The notes below the pieces were generated by a model that did no database searches, was not told the DNA's origin, and saw only the letters and a program-made list of their open reading frames with translations. The translations under genes were made by a program, and so were the position numbers. Positions 43,592 through 54,041 of a DNA stretch of 59,544 nt are shown one piece after another. Every line of letters begins with the position of its first letter. The first letter of the stretch is position 1. The stretch is from a virus (taxonomy: Duplodnaviria; Caudoviricetes): IMG/VR virus record IMGVR_UViG_3300030397_000318, positions 1 to 59,544 of that record. One strand, 5' to 3'.

Positions 43592-45931
43592 TTACTCCAC
43601 GGGGCGGTACAGTGGTGCTTCCCCGTCCTGTTCGAGCTTTTGCCATTCCCTCATCCACTCCCCAGCATACGTCTCGATTTCAGCAACTTGCTCACGGGTC
43701 CACATGCCAGCATCAAACCCAGCCTGGACGCCAGCACGAAGAAGCTGGAACACCGCCGCATAATTCCGAGCCTTCTGGGTCTCAGCCTTCATCACACTCA
43801 CCAGAGCGCGGCTGGCGTTTCCATCAGCGAGGATTCTGGCAAACAACTTCGTGCCACCCACGAACATTATACCACTGATCGCAGCTTTCAGAAGACGTTG
43901 ACCAGCCGCCTCGCCAGCCGCCGAGCCAATCATCACACCCGGCATCAGACCGCGCGCCGCTGTCTTCATGCCGCCCAGAGTGGCGCGACGGGCGATGAAG
44001 GTGGAGACGTTCGGCGCGGCCACGTCGCTGATAACCCGACCGATGTCCACCAAGTCCAGAAGTTCTTTTGAGGTGATGTTAGAGCCTGAGAGCTTGAGCA
44101 TCCTGTCGAGAGCTTCACGCTTACCAGCGGTATCGGAGCGAAGACCAAGATACTTGGCGAATTTCTGAAGATCCAGACCAGCACCCATACCGGTTTGAAC
44201 GTCATCCAGCTTGTTGAAGGCGATCTCCAGAGCGTTATCCATATAAGTTCCGGTAACGAGTTTGAAGGTGTCTTCATCCACAAGCTGGGCAAGTTCGTCA
44301 ATGCCCTTGGCGCTTTTGAAGTCCACAACAACCTTTGCCAAATCAGCCACATGATGTCTGGTGGTTGGATCGAGCGCACGCCCGCGAAGGCCGCGCTTCA
44401 CCACCGTACCGAAGCGTTTCGCGGTCGCTGTCTCAAACACTGTTTGCATGGTTTTCGTGAAGTCCATGTCGATACGACGCATCTGGTTCACGATCACATC
44501 AGCGCCGGGGCCACCGGCATTATGCAGAACATCGTAGAGCGCAGCATTGCGGATATCCGTAACCAAGTTCATCACGAACTTCTGTTGTGAAGGCTCCATA
44601 CTCAGAACCTTCATATCAAGACTCTCCACAAGGCCATCCATTTGCTTCAGGCTTTGCTTCGCCACCGCGCCACTATCGAACTGGATCTTCTTCAACTCAT
44701 TTAAGAGTTCCAGAATAGGCTTGAATGCCTCGCCAGACTCAAGAAGTCTTCCGTCCGCACCGATAGGTGTTTTCTTGTTGATTGCCTCGAATGCTGCGTC
44801 GACGGCTTTCATGGTATTTCTGGGTGAAATATACACCCCAGCCGCCTCGGCACGCGCCCAAAGCGTGTCGTACCTAATCCTGAAAGCGGTATTGATGGCT
44901 TCAGTTGTTTCTTTCGCCGACCTTAAGATTTGCTCACTGACCTCGCCCCATGTCGCGACCGGCCCCATCCTCGACGGCAACCCCTCCATCATCTTCTGAA
45001 AAGTCCTTTCCTGTTTCGCGATACCCTTGGAAATATAAGACGCAAGGAAAGGAAAACGACCGAGGACGTTCACGAATCCACGAGCAAACTTCCGATTACC
45101 AAGCTGGACCGGCATAAGAATAATGTCTCGGGCGGCGGCTGTGTCTGCAAGCTTCATCATATCTGGAAAGGTTTTCGCCACCCAGTCAGCACCGGTGTGA
45201 AGGCCGAGCTTTCCGGTTCCTTGGCCTGCGATCTTACGCACAAGCGGGCGGAACACGACGCGAGACGCAGAAAATGCCCCCAGAGTGGCAGCATCAAGAA
45301 CGAATTCCCCCTTCGCCAGAGTCATCAAGTCCTGGTTTGAGAGAAGGTGCGTTTCGCGATAGTTCTCTTCCAGAAGCCCCAAACCCTCCAGTATCTCCGC
45401 TCCCGCTTCCGGGGCTAAGGAGCCGAAAACGTATCCACCGGTTCCAGCAAGTGTAACCAAGGTTCCGTAGGCGAAAGTAGTGTAGGGATCGGGGCTAGCT
45501 GCCAAGGGTGATGCGTATTTGGCTACGGCACTCCCAAGGAGAATGCTTCCACCAACACCGGAACCAAGACGCCAGTACTCGATAGGGTCTTTCTGGCTCA
45601 GATCATCGCCGAGAAAGCGATGGTACGCGCGCGAAGCCCATTCATCGACGACGCTCTCACTCTCATATTCGAAAACATCCCGGTACTTGGGTCCATCTGG
45701 ATCACGGTACACTGGCTCCGTGATGTTCCCCAGAGGCGACCCAGGCCCAGCCTCTTCCTCCAGCATGGGATTCTGCACAAGAGTGCGTCCCAGCATCGTC
45801 GGTTCCGGGATGGGTGCAACAGTCGGCTCCGGCGGCGGCGTGCCACCCGCCCCAGCCTCTTCCTCAGACATGGGATTGGCTATGAGCGTGCGCCCAAGCA
45901 TCGCCGCTTCATGAGTCTTTGGATCGGTCAT
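43592..45931 (-). CDS. internal virion (ejection) protein
   Basis: Large helical protein in the podovirus ejectosome position. Confidence 0.65.
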   Translation of the reverse strand: MTDPKTHEAAMLGRTLIANPMSEEEAGAGGTPPPEPTVAPIPEPTMLGRTLVQNPMLEEEAGPGSPLGNITEPVYRDPDGPKYRDVFEYESESVVDEWASRAYHRFLGDDLSQKDPIEYWRLGSGVGGSILLGSAVAKYASPLAASPDPYTTFAYGTLVTLAGTGGYVFGSLAPEAGAEILEGLGLLEENYRETHLLSNQDLMTLAKGEFVLDAATLGAFSASRVVFRPLVRKIAGQGTGKLGLHTGADWVAKTFPDMMKLADTAAARDIILMPVQLGNRKFARGFVNVLGRFPFLASYISKGIAKQERTFQKMMEGLPSRMGPVATWGEVSEQILRSAKETTEAINTAFRIRYDTLWARAEAAGVYISPRNTMKAVDAAFEAINKKTPIGADGRLLESGEAFKPILELLNELKKIQFDSGAVAKQSLKQMDGLVESLDMKVLSMEPSQQKFVMNLVTDIRNAALYDVLHNAGGPGADVIVNQMRRIDMDFTKTMQTVFETATAKRFGTVVKRGLRGRALDPTTRHHVADLAKVVVDFKSAKGIDELAQLVDEDTFKLVTGTYMDNALEIAFNKLDDVQTGMGAGLDLQKFAKYLGLRSDTAGKREALDRMLKLSGSNITSKELLDLVDIGRVISDVAAPNVSTFIARRATLGGMKTAARGLMPGVMIGSAAGEAAGQRLLKAAISGIMFVGGTKLFARILADGNASRALVSVMKAETQKARNYAAVFQLLRAGVQAGFDAGMWTREQVAEIETYAGEWMREWQKLEQDGEAPLYRPVE

Positions 45932-48066
45932 TTTTTCTTCCGATCACGCGCCACGAGCACGTCCTTCCCGTTCCGTTTGATCCAAACGAAGATCTCATCA
46001 CCAACGATTTTCTCGAACCGTTCTCCCGGATTCATGTGCTCATTTTCCGGCAGTTCGCGAATTGTTCTCGTGGTGGGAGTGCCGTCTTCGGTGGGGAAAA
46101 AGTCTTGGAATCCCGACACCGGCTTCGGCTGATCCGGGGTGCCACCGTATTCTATCATCTGGGCTTGAATATCATCATCAAGAATGGGGTTGTTCTTGTC
46201 GTAATCATTAACGATTTCGTGCCAGAACCGTTCACTCGGATCTTTGGGGGACAACCCGCCGTTACGCTCCGCATACTGCCGCTGGAGCGCATAAAGATCC
46301 TGATCACGCTTCGCCATGCGGTCGAAGATACTCAAGATCAGAAGATTTCCTTCCGGGGTTTTCATGGCGTTCGGAACCGCATTCTCGGAAAACTTCATGA
46401 CCAAGTTGGTCACGCGGCTGAGTTTCTGGGCGAATGCCACGGCCATGTTCGCGGTAAGCGTTTCGAACGCATCTGCGTATTCAGCGCTACCGACTTTGAG
46501 TACCTGAAGAGCCGAAATCCTGTTCGGATCTACACCAAAGAAGCGGGAAATACGCGCCACCGAGGTTCGCAAATCAGAGAATGAGCCGGTCTCAAAATTG
46601 CCACTCTGGAGTGCCTTCCGGAAAAACTCGTAGTGTGTGCGGCTCACCGTGGCAAGCTGCGCGTCTTCGTAAGCCTTCATGACCACTTTCGCCTCACCTT
46701 GGCCTAAAGAAGCGAAGAACGCCTTCTCCTTTGTGTCGTTGATGTTGACCGTAGTTCCGCCCTTTACCAGCCACGACTTCACGAAATCTTCCGAGGGGGC
46801 GTGACCAAGCATTTCCGTGAGATACGCAATATCGGCCTCGCCTTGTCGTGTGCTCGCAACCGCTGGGCTTCCCTCAGTAGTCATATTGGCTGTAACAGCA
46901 TCCCACTTAAATTCGAGTCGGTGAGAGCCATCCTCCCCCTCGACAACCTGGACACCTTCGATGCCCAAAGCCTTCCCGATCATCAATGAAGCAAGCCTCG
47001 GATGCTCCTTGAGAACGGGCATGATCCAAGAGCGGGGCAACCCCATGATAAGTTGCTCGCTCTGCTCTTTCGGAAAAGACCCAGCCACAACCTTGTCCTG
47101 CATGGACTTCGGAAGCTTCTCAAAAATCGGAACCGGAACGCCGTTAACGTTGGCTCCCCACGGGTTGTGGTTCCGCTTGCCCTTTCGGTACGCGGCGATG
47201 TTCGCCTGAATCTGACGACGCACGCCGCCCGACATTCCTTCGACGAGACCGGGGGTGTTCAGGAAAATAGTTTCCAGGCCAATGGCTCCAGTACGTGGAT
47301 CGTCATCGATCTGACCCGCGTTGATCATCTTGTTCGCAAACTCCGTGGCGGCAGTGTCAAAAATGTACTGCCTCTTCGCCTGCACCTCGGCATCCGTGAA
47401 CGTCGGGTCGATCTCATCGATCATCGCGATGTTGTCTTCCAGAATTCCACGGAAGGAGTTTGGATCAGTCGTAATCTGAGCATTTCGCGCCTCAACTTCC
47501 TGTTTGAAGATGAAGTCGACTTTCTTTTTCGATGCCTCGACAGCGGCACCTGCCGCCATGCCACGATACTTGGAGAACAGCGTATCGAGGTCGGCGCGGA
47601 GACTTAGACGGCTCTCCTCAGAGCCGGAATGGCGCTCTATGAAACCATCCATCTTGCTCCGAGAGTACAGATTGAACGCTTCGGCGACTTTCGGGTTGGA
47701 AAGCTCTACATCGTCCGGATCTTCCCACTCGGAACGATCCACTCCCTGAAGTACTTCTGAGTCACCATCACCGGAGATAAGCTTACGAAGCTCATCCTGC
47801 ATTTCCTGGTCAAAGCGGTTCCGCGCGATGATGCGCTTGGTCGCTTCTTCGCGGGTTTTGATGCGATCCTGGCCACGCTGGAGATGCTGACCGTACTTGG
47901 CGAGTTGGTCAGACGCCGCAGATAGTCCCTTCCCGGCATCACTCGCGGCTTCGGACACCACACGATTGGTCAATGACCTACCGGCATCGGGGAATTGCGC
48001 TCCGCCACGCGCTCCGGCTTGGGGGAGATTTCTTTCGGTGGCGGCGGGATTGGGTATTCTTGCCAT
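45928..48066 (-). CDS. internal virion (ejection) protein
   Basis: MARIP N-terminus; helical; position. Confidence 0.65.
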   Translation of the reverse strand: MARIPNPAATERNLPQAGARGGAQFPDAGRSLTNRVVSEAASDAGKGLSAASDQLAKYGQHLQRGQDRIKTREEATKRIIARNRFDQEMQDELRKLISGDGDSEVLQGVDRSEWEDPDDVELSNPKVAEAFNLYSRSKMDGFIERHSGSEESRLSLRADLDTLFSKYRGMAAGAAVEASKKKVDFIFKQEVEARNAQITTDPNSFRGILEDNIAMIDEIDPTFTDAEVQAKRQYIFDTAATEFANKMINAGQIDDDPRTGAIGLETIFLNTPGLVEGMSGGVRRQIQANIAAYRKGKRNHNPWGANVNGVPVPIFEKLPKSMQDKVVAGSFPKEQSEQLIMGLPRSWIMPVLKEHPRLASLMIGKALGIEGVQVVEGEDGSHRLEFKWDAVTANMTTEGSPAVASTRQGEADIAYLTEMLGHAPSEDFVKSWLVKGGTTVNINDTKEKAFFASLGQGEAKVVMKAYEDAQLATVSRTHYEFFRKALQSGNFETGSFSDLRTSVARISRFFGVDPNRISALQVLKVGSAEYADAFETLTANMAVAFAQKLSRVTNLVMKFSENAVPNAMKTPEGNLLILSIFDRMAKRDQDLYALQRQYAERNGGLSPKDPSERFWHEIVNDYDKNNPILDDDIQAQMIEYGGTPDQPKPVSGFQDFFPTEDGTPTTRTIRELPENEHMNPGERFEKIVGDEIFVWIKRNGKDVLVARDRKKK

Positions 48067-48076
48067 CGTTCATTCC

Positions 48077-48658
48077 TTACAGCCAACCGGCGGTGTGCTG
48101 TGCCATACCGCCCTGGCCAGCGAGACTGCCCCCGCCGCCACCTTTGTACCCCGAGAAGGTGCCAGCGGCCTTCGAGACACCGGCAAGCATGGTGCCGGAT
48201 GCGCGCACCCGAGAAACCCTGCGGGCATAGGCACCAGCCGCCTCTTCACCAGAGGCACCTGTTCGCAGAAGATCGGCCTGGAACTTCCGGCCAATCTCCG
48301 TTTCCCGACCTTCATAGAGAGCCGTCATGGCGTCGAACTCGGCATTCTTGTCCGAAAGTGCTTCCATGTTGACGGTATCGAGCGATCCGCCACCGAAGGC
48401 CGCATTCTTCATCATGATGTCGGCGGTCATGTGCTTCCCACGCCGACGAAGCTCAATTGCCTGACGCTGTTTCGCCGCCGCCGCCTCGTTTCCCTGCCCT
48501 TCGGCAATCTGTGCCTGCACACGTCCAACCTTGGCGTTGTACTTGGCCTCGGCATCGCGATAATCACCCTCCATCTTCTGGGCTTTCGCCTGCTGCGCAG
48601 CAGACGCGACGGCCATCGCCGCCGATATCGCCATCATAACTACGCCTGCTGCTGCCAT
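48077..48658 (-). CDS. small internal virion protein (T7 gp14-like position)
   Basis: Ala-rich N-terminus, AQQAKAQ coiled coil, G/S-rich end. Confidence 0.65.
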   Translation of the reverse strand: MAAAGVVMMAISAAMAVASAAQQAKAQKMEGDYRDAEAKYNAKVGRVQAQIAEGQGNEAAAAKQRQAIELRRRGKHMTADIMMKNAAFGGGSLDTVNMEALSDKNAEFDAMTALYEGRETEIGRKFQADLLRTGASGEEAAGAYARRVSRVRASGTMLAGVSKAAGTFSGYKGGGGGSLAGQGGMAQHTAGWL

Positions 48659-48984
48659 GGCACCAATCTCCAGTACTTCTCGCTAATTTGCTCGAACCCA
48701 AAGTGCTCCAAGAGCGTGGCCCCTTTCGGGCCGGGAGTAGCCATCAGAGGAATTCCTTTCTCCTTGGCCATATCGATGCAAATCTTTGCACATTTCACGA
48801 TCTGCCGGGGAGTCATCGCATCGGTGTTGTCAGACCATACCCAAAGTACTTCTCCGGATATCTGGAACCCGGCCATACCGATGATTTCTCCGTCTTGTTC
48901 CGCAACCCACGCCTTCGTGGTGTGAGGCGGATGCCGACCATAAAAGTTCTTGAAGTCCTTTCTCGTTGCTGGACGTATTTCCAC
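48640..48984 (-). CDS. GNAT-like protein (T7 gp13-like position)
   Basis: IRPATRKD...WVAEQDGEIIG...LLEHFGF; GTG start overlaps the nozzle stop. Confidence 0.6.
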   Translation of the reverse strand: MEIRPATRKDFKNFYGRHPPHTTKAWVAEQDGEIIGMAGFQISGEVLWVWSDNTDAMTPRQIVKCAKICIDMAKEKGIPLMATPGPKGATLLEHFGFEQISEKYWRLVPWQQQA

Positions 48985-51689
48985 TAAGCTTTCTCGTTCA
49001 TGTCGATACTCACTATAGCACCCAAAACCGTAACTGGATGAGGCGCCTGAGCACGCAGAACGATGCGCGAGTCCGTTGTCCATCTTCCGGGAACGGGAAT
49101 GCCCTGTTCGTCGTACTCGGAATGTACCTTGTCAGTGGAGACTGTTGCCGCGTTCTCCACGCGGGGAAGTCCCCGAAGATCTGCCGTCGAAGTAGTTTCG
49201 CCGATGTGCAAGCTCTGCGCATGAGCATCGGCGAGGATCAGCCCAACATGATTCACCCGTTTCTTTTGGGTGAGGGATGTTCCCATCTTGTCGCCGTAAC
49301 CAAGCTTACCGGATTTATACCATCCGTCGTATCCGAGTCCGTAATAGACGGTGGTTGAGGCTGTAGCCACGTCAAAGCTCCCGGTCGAGGAGACAGTGGC
49401 AGTTCCAAGATCGACTCCTGTACCACCCCAGCAGACAACAGTTTCTCCGACGAGATGGTCCGCTCCCGTGACTGCTGTAGTCGCCGCCGTCGAGTTAAAA
49501 GTTCCAAGACTGTCAGCAATCTTGTTCGTCGAATCTCCTCGGGCCTCTGACTCTTTAGCCCATCTCTCGATGTATCGAACCGTCGACCCGTTAACCTCGC
49601 GTTTGACGACATAGTAGACCTTATCCTCTTCTGCCCCAGGAAGAACCGCGATGTCTTCGATGCAGCCGTTGGCTCCCGTCGAAGTAATATCCAGCCAGCC
49701 AACTACGTTTTCGACCGGTTCCGAGATGAGCATACCGACCGTGCCATCCGAGCGGATGCAGTGAACTCGCGTATCAGGCTGGCGCTGCACCCCCATCTGG
49801 ACGATACCCGGCTCACCGATCTCCGGGATGAGTACTGAGCGCTCCGCCGTCTCGAAATCCAGGCTGTCACCAGTGTACCCAACCTCATACACGCGCGTGC
49901 CGCCGCGCTGCACGAAGAGTGCCCGCTTGTCGATCTTGATTGCCTGCACCTGGGTCGATCCATGGTCCGAGACATCACGCAGGGAGAAGTTCGTGGGTGT
50001 AACCGGCGCTTCCAGCGAATCTGTCTTAACCTGGATTTCACGGGACTCAGCACCGATGATGAGCCGCCCGAGCGAAACCATCCAAGGGATGTGATCCACC
50101 GCACCAGTACCAATGCTCCGATTGAGCGGGCCAGCGTTTGAATCGTCATCCTCATCAAAAGACTCGTAGGCATCCGAAATGGACCCCCAGACCGACCCCT
50201 TACCTGCCCAGAACAGCCGTCCTTCGTGGAACCGAACCGCCGTGGGGTAGCCTCGGAAGCCACTCCACTCACCTTCAGACCAAAGCTCCGAAGATTCTGT
50301 CGAACCGAAATTGGTGATCACGCTCGCCGAGGATTCTGTTGCGCCAGACACCGAATTAATTCTGGCCACCCCAGTGATGCCGCCACCCGGAAAGATGAGT
50401 GTGGCGATGCTCGTGGACGAATCTCCCGTATAGTCACCGGTGTTCATTCCAATACGGTAGTAGACGATCTGATTGTCGAGCGTATCGTCGTGGGTGGAAT
50501 CAATCGTCGACGTGTACGAAAGCCCACTCACGTTGGCAAACGAGTCAGACGACCCAATGGAGCGCTGCACCTTGATGGTGCCGTCCGTCGCGCCGTGCTG
50601 GGTGATGAGAATCTGGAAATTCCTTCCCTCATCCACACCGGTTACCCGGATGGCGTCCGAGAACTGATTCTCACCTGTAAGATTGATCGAAACTTCCTGG
50701 CCAGCAGAAGTGATTTTGAAGAGCGCACCCACATGCGAGGAGTCGAACACATCACCGTCAGCGGAAAGCGTGATATCCCCAGACAAGTCCGAAGGCGCGA
50801 GACGGCTGTTTCCGGTATTGATGATCCGGTACGGCCCATCCTCCGGCTCGTAGGCTGCTATGCCCCACGACCGGGTGGCATATCGCTCAATTCGACGCTG
50901 GGGAAGATCTTTGCAGGCAACAAAAGTTACGTCACCAGATGGATCGGTTCGGATCAACTCAAGGTCAGTTGAGTTCCATGTCGTGGGGATAACCAGATTG
51001 CCCGACGAGTCCACGCTGAAGGAGGTAACCCGAGAAGTATATCCGGTGTTTGACTCCACCTGGACGTAGATGTTCGACGACGGCGAAATCGAGAAGTCGT
51101 AGGTGCCGGGGCGCAGCGTTACCGGGGAGAGATAGTCTCCTCCGCCTGTGGACGATCCCATCCGGAGATCGACGCGCCCTCGGTCGATGACCACTCTGAT
51201 GCCGTGTTCGGTATTGGCGTCGGTTGAGGCGACGGTAACGGTCTGACGCCGACGAGCCGAGGCGTATCTTGTCCCCTGGAGTCCCAGATAACTTCCAGTG
51301 ACCCAGTAAGACGTACTCCCGCTATCGTCAGCGTCCGTCCAGCCGGTGAGGTCGCTGGTGAAAGCACCATTCGTGAATGTCGAGGACACACCGGATCGCG
51401 TGACGATTGCTTCATCAACCCAAATCCTCATGTTTCCGCCCGTAAGCTCAATAAGGGCGGTATCGTTGTTGTCGAATATGAACGGAATCAGCCGTGCCGA
51501 GGAATTACTTCTGGTTCCACCGACGTACTCCAACCCAGGACGCAGCATCATGCTTCCCAGGACACGAGGGACCATGTTGGTCTGAAGATCGGCGGATACC
51601 GCCGTGCGATCTAAGTCTGTACGAGCGAGGCCGAGGCGCGAAATGCGCCCCCGGTTGAAGATGATCCGCTCAATGTTGCCACGAGGCAT
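48984..51689 (-). CDS. tail nozzle / tail tubular protein B
   Basis: FNRGRIS...N..P...G...RPG start, GYPTAVRFHEGRL, beta-propeller-like, 901 aa. Confidence 0.88.
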   Translation of the reverse strand: MPRGNIERIIFNRGRISRLGLARTDLDRTAVSADLQTNMVPRVLGSMMLRPGLEYVGGTRSNSSARLIPFIFDNNDTALIELTGGNMRIWVDEAIVTRSGVSSTFTNGAFTSDLTGWTDADDSGSTSYWVTGSYLGLQGTRYASARRRQTVTVASTDANTEHGIRVVIDRGRVDLRMGSSTGGGDYLSPVTLRPGTYDFSISPSSNIYVQVESNTGYTSRVTSFSVDSSGNLVIPTTWNSTDLELIRTDPSGDVTFVACKDLPQRRIERYATRSWGIAAYEPEDGPYRIINTGNSRLAPSDLSGDITLSADGDVFDSSHVGALFKITSAGQEVSINLTGENQFSDAIRVTGVDEGRNFQILITQHGATDGTIKVQRSIGSSDSFANVSGLSYTSTIDSTHDDTLDNQIVYYRIGMNTGDYTGDSSTSIATLIFPGGGITGVARINSVSGATESSASVITNFGSTESSELWSEGEWSGFRGYPTAVRFHEGRLFWAGKGSVWGSISDAYESFDEDDDSNAGPLNRSIGTGAVDHIPWMVSLGRLIIGAESREIQVKTDSLEAPVTPTNFSLRDVSDHGSTQVQAIKIDKRALFVQRGGTRVYEVGYTGDSLDFETAERSVLIPEIGEPGIVQMGVQRQPDTRVHCIRSDGTVGMLISEPVENVVGWLDITSTGANGCIEDIAVLPGAEEDKVYYVVKREVNGSTVRYIERWAKESEARGDSTNKIADSLGTFNSTAATTAVTGADHLVGETVVCWGGTGVDLGTATVSSTGSFDVATASTTVYYGLGYDGWYKSGKLGYGDKMGTSLTQKKRVNHVGLILADAHAQSLHIGETTSTADLRGLPRVENAATVSTDKVHSEYDEQGIPVPGRWTTDSRIVLRAQAPHPVTVLGAIVSIDMNEKA

Positions 51690-52339
51690 TAGCCAATCAG
51701 GGCGGAACGGCGTCCCCTGTCCCTACGTCCACTGTACCGTCCCGAACGAGATGATGCCCACGAAGACAAAGGCGGGAAGCGTACCGGTTCCGCACTGGCG
51801 TCCTTGGAGCGCGCGTCATTCAGAACTTTCTTCACGCGAGCTTCCAGCTTCTCGAACTGTGCATCGTTCAAGAGAGACGGCCCCACCTGCGAAGCGAGGT
51901 AGTATCCCACCCACATGGTAAAGGTATCCGGCCAGAGGGACATATCATTCCCCCAACTGGTGTCGTCGGACACGTACCGCATGTAGATCGGGTCTACGTC
52001 GCAGTAGATATACGCGCCCTCCAGTTCGTACAGCATCAGCGGTTGTGAGAAGTACTCGCTGGCAGAGAGTTGATCCAGCCGGATGTAATCGGTCGGGATG
52101 CTGAAGGCGTTGTTGAACCCAAACGACGGCGTGACCGAGCTATCCTTGTCGATCTGCACCGCACGCTTGGCAAAGTTCCACAGGCCTTGCTCCAGACAAT
52201 ACGACACAGCCCCCTTGCCCCTGTCCCACACTTCATCGAGGAGATACCGGACTTCGGCATCATCCGTGATGGCGTCGAGCTTCCGCTCTTGAAGCGCGAG
52301 ACAGGCGATGTTGTAGACGGCGAGTCGGTCAGTTGCCAT
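51689..52339 (-). CDS. tail adaptor / tail tubular protein A
   Basis: YNIACLAL...WNFAKR...FSIPTD.IRL pattern. Confidence 0.85.
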   Translation of the reverse strand: MATDRLAVYNIACLALQERKLDAITDDAEVRYLLDEVWDRGKGAVSYCLEQGLWNFAKRAVQIDKDSSVTPSFGFNNAFSIPTDYIRLDQLSASEYFSQPLMLYELEGAYIYCDVDPIYMRYVSDDTSWGNDMSLWPDTFTMWVGYYLASQVGPSLLNDAQFEKLEARVKKVLNDARSKDASAEPVRFPPLSSWASSRSGRYSGRRDRGRRSALIG

Positions 52340-52812
52340 TACGTCTTCTTCTTCAGGTGATCATTCAGGTACTTCACGGCTTGGTCGCGCGGGTACAGGT
52401 GATCCATGATGATGGTGTGATCGTCCTTCCGGCGCACCGCGAACTTCACCGGCGGCGAAATCCACGCCACCTCATACTCGGACTCCTCGTCCGGGACTTC
52501 CACCGGATCGAAGTTCACCTCAAGTACTTTGGCGGTCATCACCTCGTTCTTGCCGACATACTGGACCGTCAGCCAGAGCATCTTGGAGCCGTCCTCCCAG
52601 ATGGCTCGGATGAAATCCATCGGCTGAAGGGTTTTCGCGTGGTGCGCCCAGTACGAAGGCTCCAGAAGTAGTTCTGGGTCCGTTCCCTTCGGCACGTCCG
52701 CAGTCAAGTCTCGCGAAACCGCCGTGGTGGGCCGGAGCCTGCCATGATGTAGTTTCGGGGGAGTGCCGCGCCGGTCGGTAGTCGGCTTCGTCTGGGTTTC
52801 CGTCTCTGACAT
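52339..52812 (-). CDS. hypothetical head-tail region protein
   Basis: Co-oriented ORF with AAGGA RBS. Confidence 0.7.
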   Translation of the reverse strand: MSETETQTKPTTDRRGTPPKLHHGRLRPTTAVSRDLTADVPKGTDPELLLEPSYWAHHAKTLQPMDFIRAIWEDGSKMLWLTVQYVGKNEVMTAKVLEVNFDPVEVPDEESEYEVAWISPPVKFAVRRKDDHTIIMDHLYPRDQAVKYLNDHLKKKT

Positions 52813-52833
52813 AACTGTACTGTGTCCTTAAGT

Positions 52834-52865
52834 AAAAAGGGGAAGGGCGTTAACCCCTCCCCTTC
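52834..52865 (-). terminator. intrinsic terminator after capsid/decoration genes
   Basis: AAGGGGAGGG-GTTAACG-CCCTTCCCCTT followed by a T run on the minus strand. Confidence 0.8.
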
Positions 52866-52888
52866 TACCACACTCAGCCTTAGCGGCG

Positions 52889-53167
52889 CTACGCACCGAG
52901 GCCGATAGTCGTTCCCACCGAGAGATCGGTTCCCGTCGCACTGACCGTGAGGATCGTGTGCGAGGTAATGATGCCCGCAGTGGACTTGTGGATGAGCATA
53001 TCGCCAACAGCCATGCCAAGCTCCAGACCATCGGTGAAGAAGTTTGCGGCTTCTACGTCCGAAGAGACATGGGTGGAGTCGTAGAACCAAGTCTTGGTTC
53101 CAACGATGCCCTGAGAAACGCACCGAGGCGCGTTCGGCGAAGTGGAGGTTGTGCCTGCATATGCCAT
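52889..53167 (-). CDS. capsid decoration/cement protein
   Basis: Small beta protein directly after the MCP; GGAG RBS. Confidence 0.7.
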   Translation of the reverse strand: MAYAGTTSTSPNAPRCVSQGIVGTKTWFYDSTHVSSDVEAANFFTDGLELGMAVGDMLIHKSTAGIITSHTILTVSATGTDLSVGTTIGLGA

Positions 53168-53180
53168 AGGTCAGTTCTCC

Positions 53181-54041
53181 TTAGACCGCAACGTAGGCGG
53201 AGCCATCGTGCAAAACCTGCACAACGCCACCCTGCTGCATGAGGACGGAACCCATATGCACCGAGACACGGCACCACGAATACGCCTGTTCCTCATCGTA
53301 GCCGATGGGCGCGTCGATACCGGAGGTATCCACGGCACAGCCGATGGCGTCACGATGATAGAAGTAGCATTGTTCGGAGGTGCCAGCACCCCCAGCACCA
53401 ACACTACCAGTCAGGCGCGGGTGAACGATCCAGTTGAAGCCTGCCCACCGGCGGAACCGACGCGCGGGTCCGGTGAAGGGCTGCACGTTCACATAATCGG
53501 CGGATGCATACTCGGGGATCTGCATGAGATACCCCTCGAACGCAGGCGTCACCAACGCGAACATATTGTCTTCGTCGGTGATGTCCACGAAAGCATTTCC
53601 GAGGATCGTGCGGGCATCAACCACCATGTCCAAGGACGCCGTTTCCGCCGTCGCCGCAGTGGCGTTCGTGGCGGTGTCCAATTGGGCAATGATGATATCG
53701 TCCATCTTACGGTTGACGACGGCCATCGAGGTCATTTGCATGATCCTGCGCTGGTCGCCTTGGGATGCGAACACGTTGAAGTTCGTCTTCCGGACCAGAT
53801 CGTGCCACTCTTCCAAGAGAGCGGTGTTCTGGGTCTCGTTGTCGGAACGAGCCGAAATCAGACCATCAACGCCTCGCGTCTGGGCAGTTGCGGAGCCACT
53901 GTCGGCCACGAGGAAAATCGCTTCGTTGCCCTTGATCACGGCTTCCTGCACGCAGGTTGACCGTAGGACGGACTGGCGATCCTCAAAGCCCGCAATGAAC
54001 TCCTGCCTATAATGCCTTTGGGCGGCATCGACGGAGGGCAT
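53181..54041 (-). CDS. major capsid protein
   Basis: YRQEFIAGFE.RQS.LR...NRKMDDIII...WAGFNWIVH; strong AGGAG RBS; position after the scaffold. Confidence 0.9.
   Translation of the reverse strand: MPSVDAAQRHYRQEFIAGFEDRQSVLRSTCVQEAVIKGNEAIFLVADSGSATAQTRGVDGLISARSDNETQNTALLEEWHDLVRKTNFNVFASQGDQRRIMQMTSMAVVNRKMDDIIIAQLDTATNATAATAETASLDMVVDARTILGNAFVDITDEDNMFALVTPAFEGYLMQIPEYASADYVNVQPFTGPARRFRRWAGFNWIVHPRLTGSVGAGGAGTSEQCYFYHRDAIGCAVDTSGIDAPIGYDEEQAYSWCRVSVHMGSVLMQQGGVVQVLHDGSAYVAV

Noticed and set aside
43592-48066. Virion RNA polymerase (prompted by N4-like hairpins at ~9 kb)
   Set aside because: Proteins are far smaller than N4 vRNAP and no polymerase motifs were recognised
47897-48925. 342-aa + strand ORF
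   Set aside because: Antisense shadow of three real virion genes; no motifs
53142-53960. 272-aa + strand ORF
   Set aside because: Antisense shadow of the major capsid gene, expected from GC-rich codon bias
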